Assembly (NCBI RefSeq): GCF_009914755.1
Contig: NC_060947.1
Strand: one strand, 5' to 3'
Length of the DNA: 64,000 nt
Source: the human T2T-CHM13v2.0 reference genome, Homo sapiens
A model generated the notes under the pieces. The model had not been told where the DNA came from. It ran no database searches and saw only the letters and a list, made by a program, of their open reading frames with translations. Every line of letters starts with the position of its first letter. Within the stretch, counting starts at the first letter, position 1. The position numbers and the translations under genes were made by a program. Positions 31,415 to 45,420 of this stretch are shown here, in pieces.

Positions 31415-32169
31415 TCATGTTTTACTTGATAAATATATACAATTTTTATGTGTGCATTAAAATATATAAATAATTTTTGAAAAACAGCAAAACAAGATGT
31501 TCTGATGATATCAATACTGGATATTTAAGTTTAAATAATTTCTTGGGTGGAGTGATAGTGGCGGAGTGATGTGAGGAGAATGATGCCAAGGAAAATTATT
31601 TATAATTTATAAGCAACAGTTGGCATCAAACACCACTGCAGAAGTAGTAACACATCTAATGGTTTGAAGTATTCTAAGCACTTCATATATCTTCTCTGAC
31701 CTACTGGAATTTGACCCATAAGGAATCAATTAAGTGTTTATTAATTATTTTGTGCATTGATTTTCTGACCCTGAATAGAATGTCTATGCTTCAAAGACAG
31801 GGATTGTGTTGTCTTCTGGTTCTGGCTTTGCCCCCAACAAATATCTAGCAGAATAGGTACAAAAGCGTTTGAGCTTGTCGAAGAGAAGGGATAAAAGAAG
31901 GATGACTGGCTAACACAATGTGGCTTCTAGAACGAGGCAGTAGATCCCTTCAGAGCCGCCTGATGTTAGGGAAAACACCCATACAATCCAGAGCCTCAGT
32001 CTCAGCTCCCTAACAATTCTATCTTGAGATCTCTCTAAAAAGTAAGCATATTTATACACTCACACCTCTTGTGTTGAGGATTATATGATATAAGGAATAT
32101 AAATGTTGGTGCTTGCAAGTGTAACCCTGACTCGTGGGACTGTCTCTTAGCCCTTAACATCCATTCCTT

Positions 32170-32410
32170 AGAGGCAGTGGGGAAAGCCATCTGGAATGCA
32201 AGCTCTGGAGCCACAGCCTGGGTTTATATCCCAGATCACACATTCACAAGCTGTGTCTTTGAGCAAGTTGTGTGACCTCTCTGGGCCTTGGAAGCTCATT
32301 TGTCAACTGGGGATAATGATTGTACCTACCTTATAGAATTATTGGAGATGATTAAATGAGGTAAAGCATGTGAAATACTCTGCAAAGTGCCTGGCACACA
32401 GGACACAATT
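32170..32410 (+). mobile_element. MIR
   Basis: GCTCTGGAGCCACAGCCTGGGTTT..GAGCAAGTTGTGTGACCTCTCTGGGCCT..GATTAAATGAG. Confidence 0.75.
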
Positions 32411-33546
32411 GCTACACTTCAGTTTAGGGCAACATATCGTGATTAATAACATCTCCCCACAACATACCTGCAGCCTGAGTCCTCTGTTCAAGTTTAGGCC
32501 TTTGAATTAGGAGTAAATATATTATTATCCTTCCCCATCTTTCCCTGAGACAGGGGAAGAACCATTCAGGGTCACTTTAATTCTCAAACTCTCTGTTGAG
32601 ATCCCACCAGAGGAACTGAGTTCACATGAACTTACCTGTTCAGAAATCTTTTCTGGGTACACAAGAAGTTATTTTTTTGCTGCAACAGACCCCTGGATAT
32701 ACGTCATCAAAAACAGATTTTCCCAGAGTAGTACTTATTTTCTCATGAGGAGACTGTCCTTGTGACTGGCTGGGTACTTTCCAGAGGGCTGTATGAGGAA
32801 AACAGATTTAATCCTTTACATGTCATAAAAAGCAGGACACACATCTTAACCTTCATACCATTTTGAAATGGCGCAGTGGTGCTCTGGGCCCCATACTAGA
32901 GTCATAACAGTGCTGTTCATAGTCATCCATAGTAGACACTGGAGAACAAAGAAAGAAACATGGAACATCTAAGCAAAGGACACCAGCACTAATGTGAAGG
33001 TGGAAGGTACTTGCACCTGCAGGCAGGAGCCTATGCTTCCAACTGCTTTCCATAGTGGGGAGTGGGGCCCCACTGCCTGCCCCCAATACTGTCCCTTCTT
33101 CAGTATCCCAACTTCTGACCTGTGAACTCAGTTCACATTTGTAATTCCCCCTTGAGTTACTGTGTACTTTTACAGCTCTCTTTTCCTATGCCTCTTTAGT
33201 GTTTGCTTGGGGTTTTCTCAGTCAATCTGATTCAGGAATTGCCCATAACTTCTCAGGTCTAAGGTTCCTCTTCCTTATTTTGCAGTATAATTATGATTCA
33301 AAGGTAAATCTCTATTCTGGCATGTTCTGAGACTTATGCCTGGAGCCAAAGACTAGAGCCTCTTCTCAGGCCACCATCTGGATTCCACATCCAGGTGGCA
33401 TGGGAACAGGACATTTCTGAAAACCATTGCTAGAATGATTATGTTATGTGGCACTTTTGTATTTTTGGCATCACTGATGATCATCAGGAGCATGACCCAA
33501 TTGATACACTGTAAGGTAAGACCCCTAGAGAATACTGTAACATAGT

Positions 33547-33549
<3 letters not shown>

Positions 33550-33607
<58 letters not shown>
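33550..33607. repeat. Perfect (TA)n microsatellite, ~29 units
   Basis: Directly visible. Confidence 0.95.
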
Positions 33608-33610
<3 letters not shown>

Positions 33611-34135
33611 ATGGCAAGGGGAAGGGTTCAAGGAAACAGACTGAGAAGGAGTGACCAAAAGAGGCAGGAGGAAAGTAAGCAGAGTGGCCTTTCTGTAGAA
33701 GTGAAAAATGTTACCTGGACTTTCCAAGTCCCATAATCACTGGGTTCACGTTCTTGAACCTGCTGAGATAAGCCTAAATGGCACATATGCCTCCCATCTA
33801 CAAAGTAAAAATAACAGACAGGAATGTTGCATTCTTCCAATAAGTATTTATTGCAGTCCTACTCTGCTATATCAATTCATTGTATACAGGAAGGCTCCAA
33901 AGAAGTACTCATAGCAGCTCCAAACTGCATTGTCCAAGATGCACTGTGAAAGGGAAAATGTGTGTTTTATAGTGGTATGATAAGGTTCTGAACAAGGTGT
34001 GGGGATAAAAAACACATAAACCCTCTATATTAATAGAAAGTTGAGCTGAAAGATTTGCTGTATTCAGTCATTTACGGTATATTATTTCCAACACACTAAC
34101 TGATGTTTATTAGTTGTATAAAAATAGCTACAGTG

Positions 34136-34827
<692 letters not shown>

Positions 34828-35726
34828 TCAACCTATGTCTCTTGAAATGCAAAGTCCTTTGCATTGTGAATGTTACTAATCTTGTGAATGTTACCCATCA
34901 TGATATGGTCATCTGTTTTGATTCACATTCGTCACCCATACTTCCTCCTTATCTTGGTTCACTCCTTTACATTCTTCAAATCTGCTAAGTATAATAAATA
35001 CATGAGGCCTTTCTTCTTTTATAGGCTGGATTGCTACTAAAACGTTAAGCTTTAATCCATTCTCCATCCACAGAGTGGGTTAATGAGAAATGAATGGATC
35101 ACTGCTGCCAAAGTGTTAACCAGCCTGTTACACTGAGTATCAAACACAAATTAAAAATGCTATCCATATGCAGTGATCAATTGGAAACCCACTGCTCCCC
35201 TTTAAATCTATTCACAACACCCTACAATAGTGGATTTTATCAAATGTCAGGAGTTCCCTTGCAGGAGATAACACCTGTTTGATTTTCCATATTCACACAC
35301 ACCAGTTATTGAGCATTGTTAATAAATACTGCTCATTGCCATATGGAAATCCTTTCTTATTTTTCTTGGAGCAATGGAGCCAAACAAAGCCATGGAGCCA
35401 AGCAAAGCCATGAGCACTTGATTGTTTGACATATTATCATATGACCAAATTTCCAATAACAGTGCAACTCTGATGCCCAATATCTGCTCCACACAGGCAA
35501 ACTGGTTATCCAAGGAGTCATTCACTCACTAGATATTCCTGACAAACTTGTTTAAAGAAGTATAAGCTAATGAAGGAGATCAAAAATATTGAAACATGTC
35601 TAATGATACCTCATATGTTCTAGAATGAGATTCTCTGATTACTTCAATATGAGAAATGTGTTTCCCTATTGAATTAACCTTCCATTGCTGCCATAACAAT
35701 TTGTCACAAACTCCATAGCTTTAAAT

Positions 35727-36140
35727 TGAAGAAGGAATTAATGAAATCAACTATAACCTAATAGTAGTAATAGATATTTTAAAATCCTCTTAAAGTTGCT
35801 GCAAAATATGACCCCCCCCGACCTTACAGTCAAGTTAAAAGAGAATATTAACAGCCTGTCTTCTCTCTGTGGACAGTGGACCTTATCTATACTCCCCAGC
35901 TCCACATTCCTCAAAGTTTATTACAGGCCCAGCGAGTTCCTGCACGGCTGCAGGGTCGCAAGACCGATAAGTTTAGGTTGCAAGACATGTTTCTCTCAAG
36001 ATGTAAGAAATGTTGTAAATGCTGCCTTTGTTTCTTGCTTCTGTAACTTGCTTCCTGCCTCACGTAGTTCCCGCCTTAAGATGTTTAAAAGTAGGAAAAG
36101 CCCTTTGTTCAGGGCTCAGACTTTCTGTACATTTGTCCGG
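35727..36140 (+). mobile_element. ERV1-class LTR, 3'-truncated
   Basis: Begins TGAAGAAGGAATTAATG; TATA-like TTTAAAAG followed by AAGCCCTTTGTTCAGGGCTCAGACTTTCTG; no matching CA end or TSD found. Confidence 0.55.
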
Positions 36141-36811
36141 CAGGAATCTCAGATCCCATTCAGAGACTTCAAAGAGGTCTCACCCATCCCATTGGCACTT
36201 ACAAAAGGTCCCACAAACCCAGGGAGGAAATGGTACCATTTTCTCCAGACACATCTGTGAAATCTGTCTGTGAGGTCTTCACTCATTTACAGTTTGTCAT
36301 TTTAATTCCGCTTAGCACAGAACAACTAAGAGTAGTACGGTCTGCAGAAAAAAAAGGAAATGAAAAAATGACATAAATCTTGCCCCTACACTCAATGCCC
36401 TTTTTCTGGACCAAGGATAGACTAGAAGCCCAGCTGTCCTGGCATAGTCCTCCATGCTGATGTGTGGCTTACCCAGGCACAGTGTGCATGACTTTTCCCA
36501 GGCCATGGCTGGGCTGTTTGGGTCTCCATGTTTCCCACCTCCAGGAGAGCAGGAGAAATGGAATTAGGTCTCAAGGCCTCACCCAGACAAGACTCATGGA
36601 GGCTATAACCAGGGCTGGCCTCCTACAAGTTATCCTGCAGAGAAAAGCTATATCTTCCCTGATCAAGGAAGCGTGGAAGAGGGTGATATGGATCTAGAAT
36701 TGATGCCATGTTCCAGGCAGACAAGAAGAGATTCAAACTGCTTTTGACTAAAAAACCCTTATATAATGATAACAATACCTAGAATATATTGGGCATTTAA
36801 TAAATCACAAT

Positions 36812-37110
36812 ACTGTTGCTGCTACTGCTATTGTTACTGCTGCTGCTGCTACTACTACTACTACTACTAATAATAATAGCAATAACAGTTCTCATTTACT
36901 TACTCCTTCTAACGTACCAGACACAGCATCAAAAGATGTGCCTTCACTTATCTTTTAACTGTTCCCATCATCCCAGTTAGCCAATCAGGAAATGGAGGTC
37001 CACAGAATCATAGTAACTGCCTAAGTTCACAGAAGTAGTAAGTGCTGGAGCTCAGATTCTAACTCAGATCTGCTTCATTCCAAAGCCAGTTTTATTAAAC
37101 CCTGTCCTAT
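36812..37110. repeat. (CTG)/(CTA)/(TAA) microsatellite followed by a MIR
   Basis: Visible trinucleotide tracts 36812-36880; MIR-like sequence after. Confidence 0.7.
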
Positions 37111-37364
37111 AATGTCTTACATCAAGAAATAGTAAAATATGTTAGAAGGTTCTAGTGTTTGGTCCTGGGGTCCTGGGCGATGACAACTTCTGACTCATCA
37201 TTATACCAGTCACCTAATATCTAATCAGTAGGATTGCCTGGATCTCATTTCTTTAATTAAACAAGGGCATAAGAGATATTCTATATATGGGCTAAAATCT
37301 GATCATCCTCCTTATACCTACTCACAGGGTAAGATAATTAAATAAAAGAGAAAAAGTGATGGTG

Positions 37365-37913
37365 AATGATCCAGTTATCTGTTGCTACATTTTAAAAAAT
37401 GCTCCACCACTTGGCGGCTTCAAGCAAAAAATGTATCTGTGTCCCACATAGTTCTATGGGTTGGCGGGTATCAGCTTTCTTGGGGTCTCTCATGCAGTTG
37501 TAGTCAGTTATGAATGGCAACTGTGGTGTTCCAAAGGCTCCACTGGCCTGGACTTCCAAGTAGACTCACTCACATGACTGGATTTTCATGCTGACTGTTG
37601 GCTTATTTGAGGTTTACAACTTTGTATCCTCCACCTGGCCTTTCCCTATCTCTTGGGGTTCTCTTAGCATGATGTTTGTGTTCTCAGAAGGAACACTCCA
37701 AGAGTGAGAGTTTTAGGAGACATGGGTGGAATTAAGTCTTCTTATGACCTAGACTTGGAAGAAACATGCATCACTTCTGCCACGTTCTATTGCTCCAACA
37801 CAGCCCATATTCAAGGGGAAGGGAGTTAGACTCCATCTCATAGCATGACAATCAATGAGTGCAGACAGGGAAGGAAGTTCTTGATGATGGCCATATTTAG
37901 AGAATACCTACCA
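37365..37913 (-). mobile_element. MLT1-type MaLR LTR
   Basis: CATAGTTCTATGGGTTGG..GGGGTCTCTCATGCAGTTG..CATCACTTCTGCCACGTTCTATTG..CTACCACA. Confidence 0.7.
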
Positions 37914-38040
37914 CAGTGAGGATGTGGTGAACCAGCATTAGCACCCTTGCAGGTAGGACTGTACAGCCTGGGAATAAGCACCAATGGTATAAGCACAAAA
38001 ACCCTCAGATACGGTAACTTCCCTTCAAATTATTTATTCC

Positions 38041-38332
38041 AACCAGGGGCAGTGGGTCATCCCATAATCCCAGTACTTTGGGAGGCTGAGGCGGGTGGAT
38101 TGCCTGGGTCCAGGAATTTGAGACCAGCCTGGGCAACATGGCGAAACCCCATCTCTACAAAAAATATAAAAATTAACTTGGCATGGTGGCGTGTGCCTGT
38201 AGTCCCAGCTACTCAGGAGGCTGAGGTGAAAGGATCATTTAAACCTGGGAGGTGGAGGTTGCAGTGAGCAGAGATAGTGCCACTGCACTCCAGCCTAGGC
38301 GACAGAGGAAGACCCTGTCTCAAAAAAAAAAA
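38041..38332 (+). mobile_element. AluJ
   Basis: GAGACCAGCCTGGGCAACATGGCGAAACCCC..GACCCTGTCTC-poly(A), AluJ-type diagnostics. Confidence 0.88.
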
Positions 38333-39749
38333 TTGTTTATTCCTAGGAAATAACAACACAGGCATACAAAGATTTTTGAACAATGTTATCACTCTAGTTT
38401 TCTTGGCAGGAGCAGAAAACTTCAAATGATCTAAATGCCCATCAGAAGGAAGTTGCTTGAAAACATTGATACACATCCAAACACTGGAATGTATTGAAAT
38501 TCAGGTCAAATCCAGAAAATAAAATGTGGCCCCTGTAGAGAAGGGGTTGAGACAATCAAGGCCACCAGGTTATCTGTATTGTCTTTGGCTCACAGAACCT
38601 TAGCCATGTTTTCCCATCTTTGTTTAATATTCCCCCCAAACACACACTCTGCCTTCCTCTGGGGATCTTCTGGTTATTTCAGCTTGCAGAGCACTTCCTC
38701 AGGCAAGCTTTCTCTGTCACCCCTCCATTAGGCTAGTTTTCCCTGCCAAATCCTCTTTTAGCCTACCTTCATTCTCTTAAAGTGTTAGGTAGAGCACATC
38801 AGTTTGTTGTAATTGCTTGCATAATTATCTGTTTCTGCACTCCTACTAATTGGAAGCTCACCCTTTTGCTATTTTATCTGGGGCTAGAGTAGTGTTTGAA
38901 GAGTCTGGAACTTACATATTAGGAACATGTTGTCCCCACAGAGTCTGCAGCAGTAGACTCTACTACTTGGAGCATTACTCCACAGATATCCTCCCAAATA
39001 AAGTATTTCATATCTTTCAGCAAAATCTATCCTCTGAGTCATGAGATACTTAGTGTTTTAAAAAAATTTTCAGCTATGTGGGTTTTGTGGTTATTATTAT
39101 ATGATTATTGTAGGTTTCCTGTTTACAGCTTAAATGCAGTTAGAGAAGAATAAAACATTCCTGGGAGTTTTCAAAGAAAATGAGAATGAATAGAGAGACA
39201 AGCTAGTATAGCTTAAGTATAGTCGTGGGGGTTTGCTGTCCACTGGAGGAAGCTACCACAAGGGCTCCCCTAGGTAACAAATTCTCCACAGCCTAGCCTC
39301 TTCATGTAACATGTACAGAACTGTTGTATTTTCTTGGCCCATCAGGGGTGTTTTTTGGTGGATATGTAATCACAATCGCATCATGGTGTGCCCTACTCAG
39401 CTCAGTGACTCTGGTGTGGGCATGTAAGAATAGGGAATAATGGAAATATAGCATGTGATACAGAATTTGTAGCATATGGGACTTTTCAAAGCTACTTACA
39501 GAGACAGAATCAAGTTTGGATTAGTAGAGCCATTGCTTATTAATGTCTTTCAGTGCTTGTAAATTGTCAGTCACTCCCCTAAAGTCACTCCTCAGAGAAC
39601 GTAGACTCCTCCAGGGTGGATTCCTCTGCCTCTTTTGATCACTGTTGTATGCACAGCAGCTAGCACAGTGCCCAGCACACCATAGGCCATCACAGGTAAC
39701 TCTGGATTGAATTAATGGATCTCCTCTCCCAGGAGACTGTGAGACCCTT

Positions 39750-40543
39750 TGAAGCAGCCTCGTTGTCTGGGGTAAATACCAAGGTTCTTGGTCTCATGGC
39801 CAAGGAGATCGAGATCGCAGACACACACACAGACAGGGTGAGTTTGGAGAAGGAGTTTAATAGGCAAAAGGAAAGAACAGCTCTCCATCACAGAGAGGGG
39901 TCCTGAGCCAGTTGCCAAGTTGTAGTAAAAATGTCAGGGTTTTTATAAATGGGCTAGCAGCGAGGAGGGGGCTTGTGAAGAGGGGATGTCTTATCCTCCT
40001 AGGGCCTGACAGTTTAGTTAGGACGAGGTGTGCTATCTGTACAGAGCAGAGTTTTTGTTTTGTTTTGTTTTTTTTTTTTATCAGCTCTTATCCCATTCCC
40101 TGACCACATAGGCTGACTCTTAGTCTGTGTTTCTTTGTCCTGCTTATCTGGGAGGGAGAGTTTCTGTGTCTGTTTCAGTACATCTTCTTGCAGCTGCAGG
40201 CATCCCCTGGAGTGTGTTTTTAGCTTCTCTAGCTTAGTGTGCCTAAAGGGAAAAGAATGTCCTTATTAAGGCCCACTGTTTTACTGGGGCCCATTGTATA
40301 AGTGTGAAGTTTGATAATTACCCAGGAGACTTCCCCCACCTCCTTCTGTGTCTGAGCTGTCTTATCTGTGTTTTACTGTCTGCTCTTTCAGGTTGCTTGT
40401 TGTTAGAAGAGAAGTGATTTCTTTGAATTGCATAAGGTTAGAAAGGGAGCTATTTTTGAGCTGCTTTTTGTTAAAAGGAGTTTTCTGCCAGGGACTGGCT
40501 TTATCATGTCTACCTAAATAATTTCTTTCTGCCTCCTATGACA
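39750..40543 (-). mobile_element. ERV1-class solo LTR inserted in an L2
   Basis: TG..CA termini with 4-bp TSD CCTT (39746-39749, 40544-40547); host ACTGTGAGACCCTT|GAGGGCAAG is L2-like. Confidence 0.85.
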
Positions 40544-41312
40544 CCTTGAGGGCAAGAACTATGTTTAATTGGTCTTTGCAGATCCAGCATCAGTTGGCTG
40601 GATGAAACCTGCTAAATGTCACTGAGTTCCTGTTTATTGAATTAACTAACTTCATTTGGAAGTAAGACTGACAGAAACCTCCCCTCAATCTTCCCATTCC
40701 AATCCAGAGTTTGTATATTTATGTTATCCTGCAAACACTTCTAGTCAGCTGTAAGATTCAGGGATGACGATGAGAACCTGATTAACTTTTCCGTGAACTC
40801 CACACAAAAGATGACATAATTCTTAGCAGAGTATGACTTAGGATAGCATTTCCTAGAACCCTGCAATTCAAGAGTCGCTTTTACAGTTGCTGCTTTCCCT
40901 GCACTTCAGTTCTACTGTTTTATGATGATGCCATACTTAATTTTAGAAAAATCTCTTGGCATAAAACAAAATGATACTCTGAAATATTTTAAAACAAAGT
41001 GCCAAACAGGCGTAAGTTATGAGACTTTAATCATTTGTGCTATGTAAACCCATCATGTATCTTCTGCTGGTACCCTCCAGACAAAGAACGTGAGGAACAC
41101 CTTGAACAAAGTCTCACGGAGGGAGAAAACATACACCACGGAGCACATTGGGGCATCTCATTAATATGGTGCTAGAATGTACTTCTTAGAATCTTTTCTA
41201 TAGGACTTGGGCTTATGTTAGGTGATTTGCAGGAGGACTCAAAAAGTGGGGCTTTTCTCTAATTGAACACCGTCAGGAAGTGGGGGATAATTCTATGATT
41301 AAGTATTGTTAA

Positions 41313-42815
41313 TGTAAAAAAAAAACAGGATTATAAATTTGGAAAAAGGAGACTATTTCTTATAAAGGGTTACAGCCTGCAAGGTGGCCTTCTCACAGGC
41401 TGGGAAGCATAGCCTCTGGCAAAGATCAGAGAGGTGCACTTCAAAGAAGGAGGGGTTGGGGTAAGGTGCTTTATTCTGAACAGATTGGCTAAATATACAT
41501 ATTCATCAGGTTACAGAAGAAGCTAGAAATATTCATGAAGGTGGTCCTGATGCATGCTTATTGAACAAACGTATGTAACATATGACCCATGTTAACCTTG
41601 TGGTGAAGATGTTAACATTTAAACATATTACAATTAGGCCCTATATGTCAAAAGGTCTTCTCAGGATGCAAAAGCACTCAAGTGGGAAGCCTCTGTAAAC
41701 TGACCAGAACCAGTCCATGATTGGTGGTCTTCTTATCTGGAGAAAGTTCCTGAAATCAGTCTCTTGTCCAATCAAAGTTGTCATTATGGCTTGTGAAACA
41801 GGAGGTCAGTTAGTATCTGGTGATAAGCTACAATTATTTTAATATTGCTTATCTCTAGACCAGTGCTCCTTTGGCTGCTAGAGAAAAAGAAACACCTTGT
41901 AGCAGTTAGAACAGAGTTTGTTACTCTTGTCTGGCATGGCTTTAGGTCTTGTTTGTAGTTTGGTATCTTGTTGCCACAAAGAGTCCATTCTGTCAGTCTT
42001 ATGATCTCTGTTTTAACATTAATGCTGGGAAGCTGCTGTGTCTTAACCATAAAAGGGAGAGGGGTTTAACGGGGCATGTCTGACTTCCCTTCCCTTCATG
42101 GCCAGGAGCTCAGCTTTGTTACTGAGAACCTTCATTTTTTTAGAGGTTGTTTAATTATTTTTTCCTCTCTCTCTCTTTTCTCATTTCCCCAGCTCTCCAT
42201 TTCCTACTTAGTCCATAGAAATACAAATATAACCCTTCACTTCCCTCTTACCAGACATTCCCTACAGGACAAGTTCTTCAAACTATGTGCTGCTCCAAGA
42301 CAGATCTCTTCTCCAGAGCTGACAGTTGATTTGCAGACCAAAGCACCATGGAACTTTTACCTCCAGGGGGCTGCCTTGGAACTTCCATCTTCCAGGGGTT
42401 GCCTTGGAACTTTCATCCACCAGGAGGGCTTATTGAAAGCATGAAAGCTTAGCCACTTTATGACTTCTGCCTGGAAAGGTACCAACTCACCTGTTCCATA
42501 GATAAGACACCAAGATAGCAGGGGGACCCCTGCACTTGTTCACTTCCCCCTCACCTTATAAAAATGCCCACTTTCTGCTCCAAAGGTGAAGTGGCACATT
42601 TAAAGGCAGGATGCTTTGTGCCCCTTCCCCCAAGCTAGCTTTGGAATAAATCCACTTTTTTTTGTGGCCTTGCTCTTGTTAATTAAACCTCTACATGCAG
42701 CAAGCAACTAACCTACTTTTCAGTTACAGTTTTAAAGTTTTTCTAGGGTCCCTTTGGTCAAGAAGGGATCCATTCAGGCATTGGGGGGGTTGGGATTTTA
42801 TTTTTAGTTTACCTC
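41313..42815 (-). mobile_element. MER4-group ERV1 LTR with a nested plus-strand LTR (~42117-42728)
   Basis: AAAGGGTTACAGCCTGCAAGGTGGCC and GATTTTATTTTTAGTTTAC termini; nested element has TATA (CTTATAAAA), AATAAA and TG..CA ends. Confidence 0.65.
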
Positions 42816-42906
42816 ATCTTTTCAATTTTTATCTTGAAGGTGCAAAGATAAAACCATGGTCAAAGGTTTAGTTGGAAAAAAAGCTGCAGTCACTCATTTT
42901 CACCAG

Positions 42907-43589
42907 TGCTGCTAGCGGTGAATCTGTATGGATCTTCAGCAACTTGATCATTGCCTCCTCAGAGGAAAGAATTCAGGCGAGGGGTAGAAGTAGGTATGAG
43001 GCAGAGGGAGAGACCAAGGCAAGCTCTAGAGCAGGAGTGAGCAGGAATGAGAGGAAGCAAAGTTCATTAGGAAGAAGGCCAAGTGGATGACTTGAGAGAT
43101 CCAAGTGCCCCATTTGGCCCTTGACTTGGGGCTTTATACATTGGCATGGTTCTGGGTTTGCATTTCTTCTCCCTTGATTTTTCCCTTGAGGAGGACCGTC
43201 CGCATGCACAGTGACCCTACCAGCACTAGGGAGGGGCCGTATGCACAGCGTGTTTACTGAAATTGTGCGCATGCTCACTTGAGGCATTATTCCCTAACCA
43301 GTCACGCGTTCACAGAAGGTCATATACTGGTTAAATTTTGCCATTTTGCTTCTTAGTGCACATGCTTCAGCCCACTCACCCAACTCCTGAGATCTTATCA
43401 GGAAGCTGCTGATCACCAGTTCCAAGTGTTTTCTATTAGGAGACCGTCTTTCTCTGGCATCAGCTGTGCCAATTATTATTTTATAGAAACAGTTCAACTG
43501 CCTGACCATCACCTGGTGGTCACCTGGCATTCCTTGGACGGGGGGTGGAGGGGGGCTCCCCTGCCCTGCTCATGTCTGCCTATCTAACA
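42907..43589 (-). mobile_element. MER51-like ERV1 solo LTR
   Basis: TGCCTCCTCAGAGGAAAGAATTC motif; TG..CA termini; 4-bp TSD CCAG. Confidence 0.8.
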
Positions 43590-43619
43590 CCAGGATAAGC
43601 AATTCTAATTGTTAAACCA

Positions 43620-45420
43620 AAAAAATAGGTGCCAATGAATTGGAAAACTAATGGTGTCTTGTACAGAAGTTGTCTTCCTTTGTAGTTTGGATGAAATGAT
43701 GTTGTTAACAGTACCTGATAAGGTCTTTTCCACTGCTGCCTAAGGACAGTGTTTCCTCAATGACTTTTTTCCAGAAGACCAGATCTCCAGGTATTAGGTC
43801 ATGCAGAGGCTGCTTAGGTGTGTGTTCTGGAAATGCAGCTTGTACATGTTGGTAGCAAAACTAGAGGCATCATCTGAGTGTGTGGCAATAATTGTAAAAT
43901 TATCCCATCAATGTTGATTCTATATAACTGCCAATTTGTCTTTGCTATTGTAATACATAAAATAATTTTTCTAATCCCCACTTTTATGATGGCAATCATA
44001 AAATCATAAAAGTTAATTAGCAAACATTTCTAGATTCTTTATCTCTCTAACAGAGAGATCTCTCTAACAGAGTCCTGAAAACTCTGTTTCTATAACATTT
44101 CAAAGTTATGGACTAACCCTAAACCATACCTGTGACCAGTATAAATATTTGCTCATTCATATTTTGTCAGATGGCAGGACTAGACAAGGGCAAGTAACTT
44201 AACCGAATGAACAGATTTAATTTCTGAGAGAAAGTTACATTTCAAGGGTAAATTCCAGTCTGGGGTAGCAGAACTCACTTGCCAGTTATTAGCTTTTCTT
44301 TTTCAGTATGAACCACAAACAGAATTAAAGCAAGGATATCCAAGGATGTCTTTAGAAGGTCTGTGCAGGATATGGATAATTGCCTAACACAGTTAAGAAA
44401 TCATATATTTTTCTTCGTCAGGCAAAGGAGGAAGGTGCAGCAATGCACAGGGATGTGTTAAGGGGAAAGCGATGATGTTTCATAGGAGGGTAGGTGACTA
44501 GCCAAGAAGCGCTGAGGATTTCCTGTCTATAGAATATTATACATAGTTTGGGGAACTGGTAAGTTTAGTGGAGACCCAAGAACTAAATTAGCTAAAGTTT
44601 TTGCACCTTTGGTTCTTGCTGCTATTTGAGTTAGACAAGGTAGATAGATATGCCTTGGCACCCAGATCTAATAAAAGACTGAAATAAGTAATTGGCCTCT
44701 TACAATTCCTAAGTATTCTTAAAAGGACCTTTAATGCTTTTGCAAACTTTTAATTTTAATGGACAAAATATAAAAAGGATTTGTGAACCTAGCCTTCTAA
44801 AAAGAATTCTCTTCATAGTTACTACACCAGTCTTTGTGCTTAAACTTGCATATACTTCTTATAACCTAAAACATATACAATATTTGAAATATATTTTGTT
44901 AGGATATTTTACTTATGGAAAATTAACATAGGAAGAGAAATTTTCATTTTCAGTGTTTTTCTGTGATTTTTGTAAACAAAAGATTATCATTGTTTTGGAA
45001 TTAATTATCATTTGTAGAATTTTAGATATGCCTAATTAATGTCATTTTCTTTCCTTTTCTAGGGCAAAGGAGTGAATCACTGTGTTCCTTTAAGGCCATT
45101 TTAAGAAAGCACAGAATGGGTTAGGCCTAAAAGTCAAGGAAAGACAAAATCAAGAATATTGGGTAGAGTAGGCAATATAGAAGCACTAAGCATCTAAGGA
45201 TAAGAAATATGTATAGGCAACATTGTAAATCACATGGTAATCAACAATGGTATGTATGAGAACTTAAATTTTTTCAACAGTAAAGAATCACTTAAGAAAT
45301 GATTGAGGAGTATCTCAAGATGCACTAAGAACTAATGGAAAAATTTGGCAACAAATAGGAACCTCTACCAGTCTGGCATAAAATAGCATATTTATATTTT
45401 ATATTAAAAAAGAAAAAGAG
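43620..45420 (-). mobile_element. Decayed ERV1 pol (RT connection/integrase) remnants
   Basis: Minus translations QPLHDLIPGDLVFWKK..WKRPYQVLLTT (integrase C-terminus) and LANLVLGSPLNLPVP..LPLPDEE (tether). Confidence 0.7.

Larger units (their letters stand above)
27610..31465 (+). mobile_element. L1M 3' end host (27610-27902, 30495-30668, 31415-31465) carrying nested insertions
   Basis: L1MA/MB 3'UTR collinear across insertions: ATAAATTCAAGAG..TATTGTACATCATGTTGACTATA..TTAGCTTGATTAAGCCATT. Confidence 0.75.

Noticed and set aside
43620-43900. Coding-like minus-strand segment that might join the ghost gene
   Set aside because: It translates to ERV1 integrase C-terminal motifs (PGDLVFWK, PYQVLLTT), so it is retroviral.
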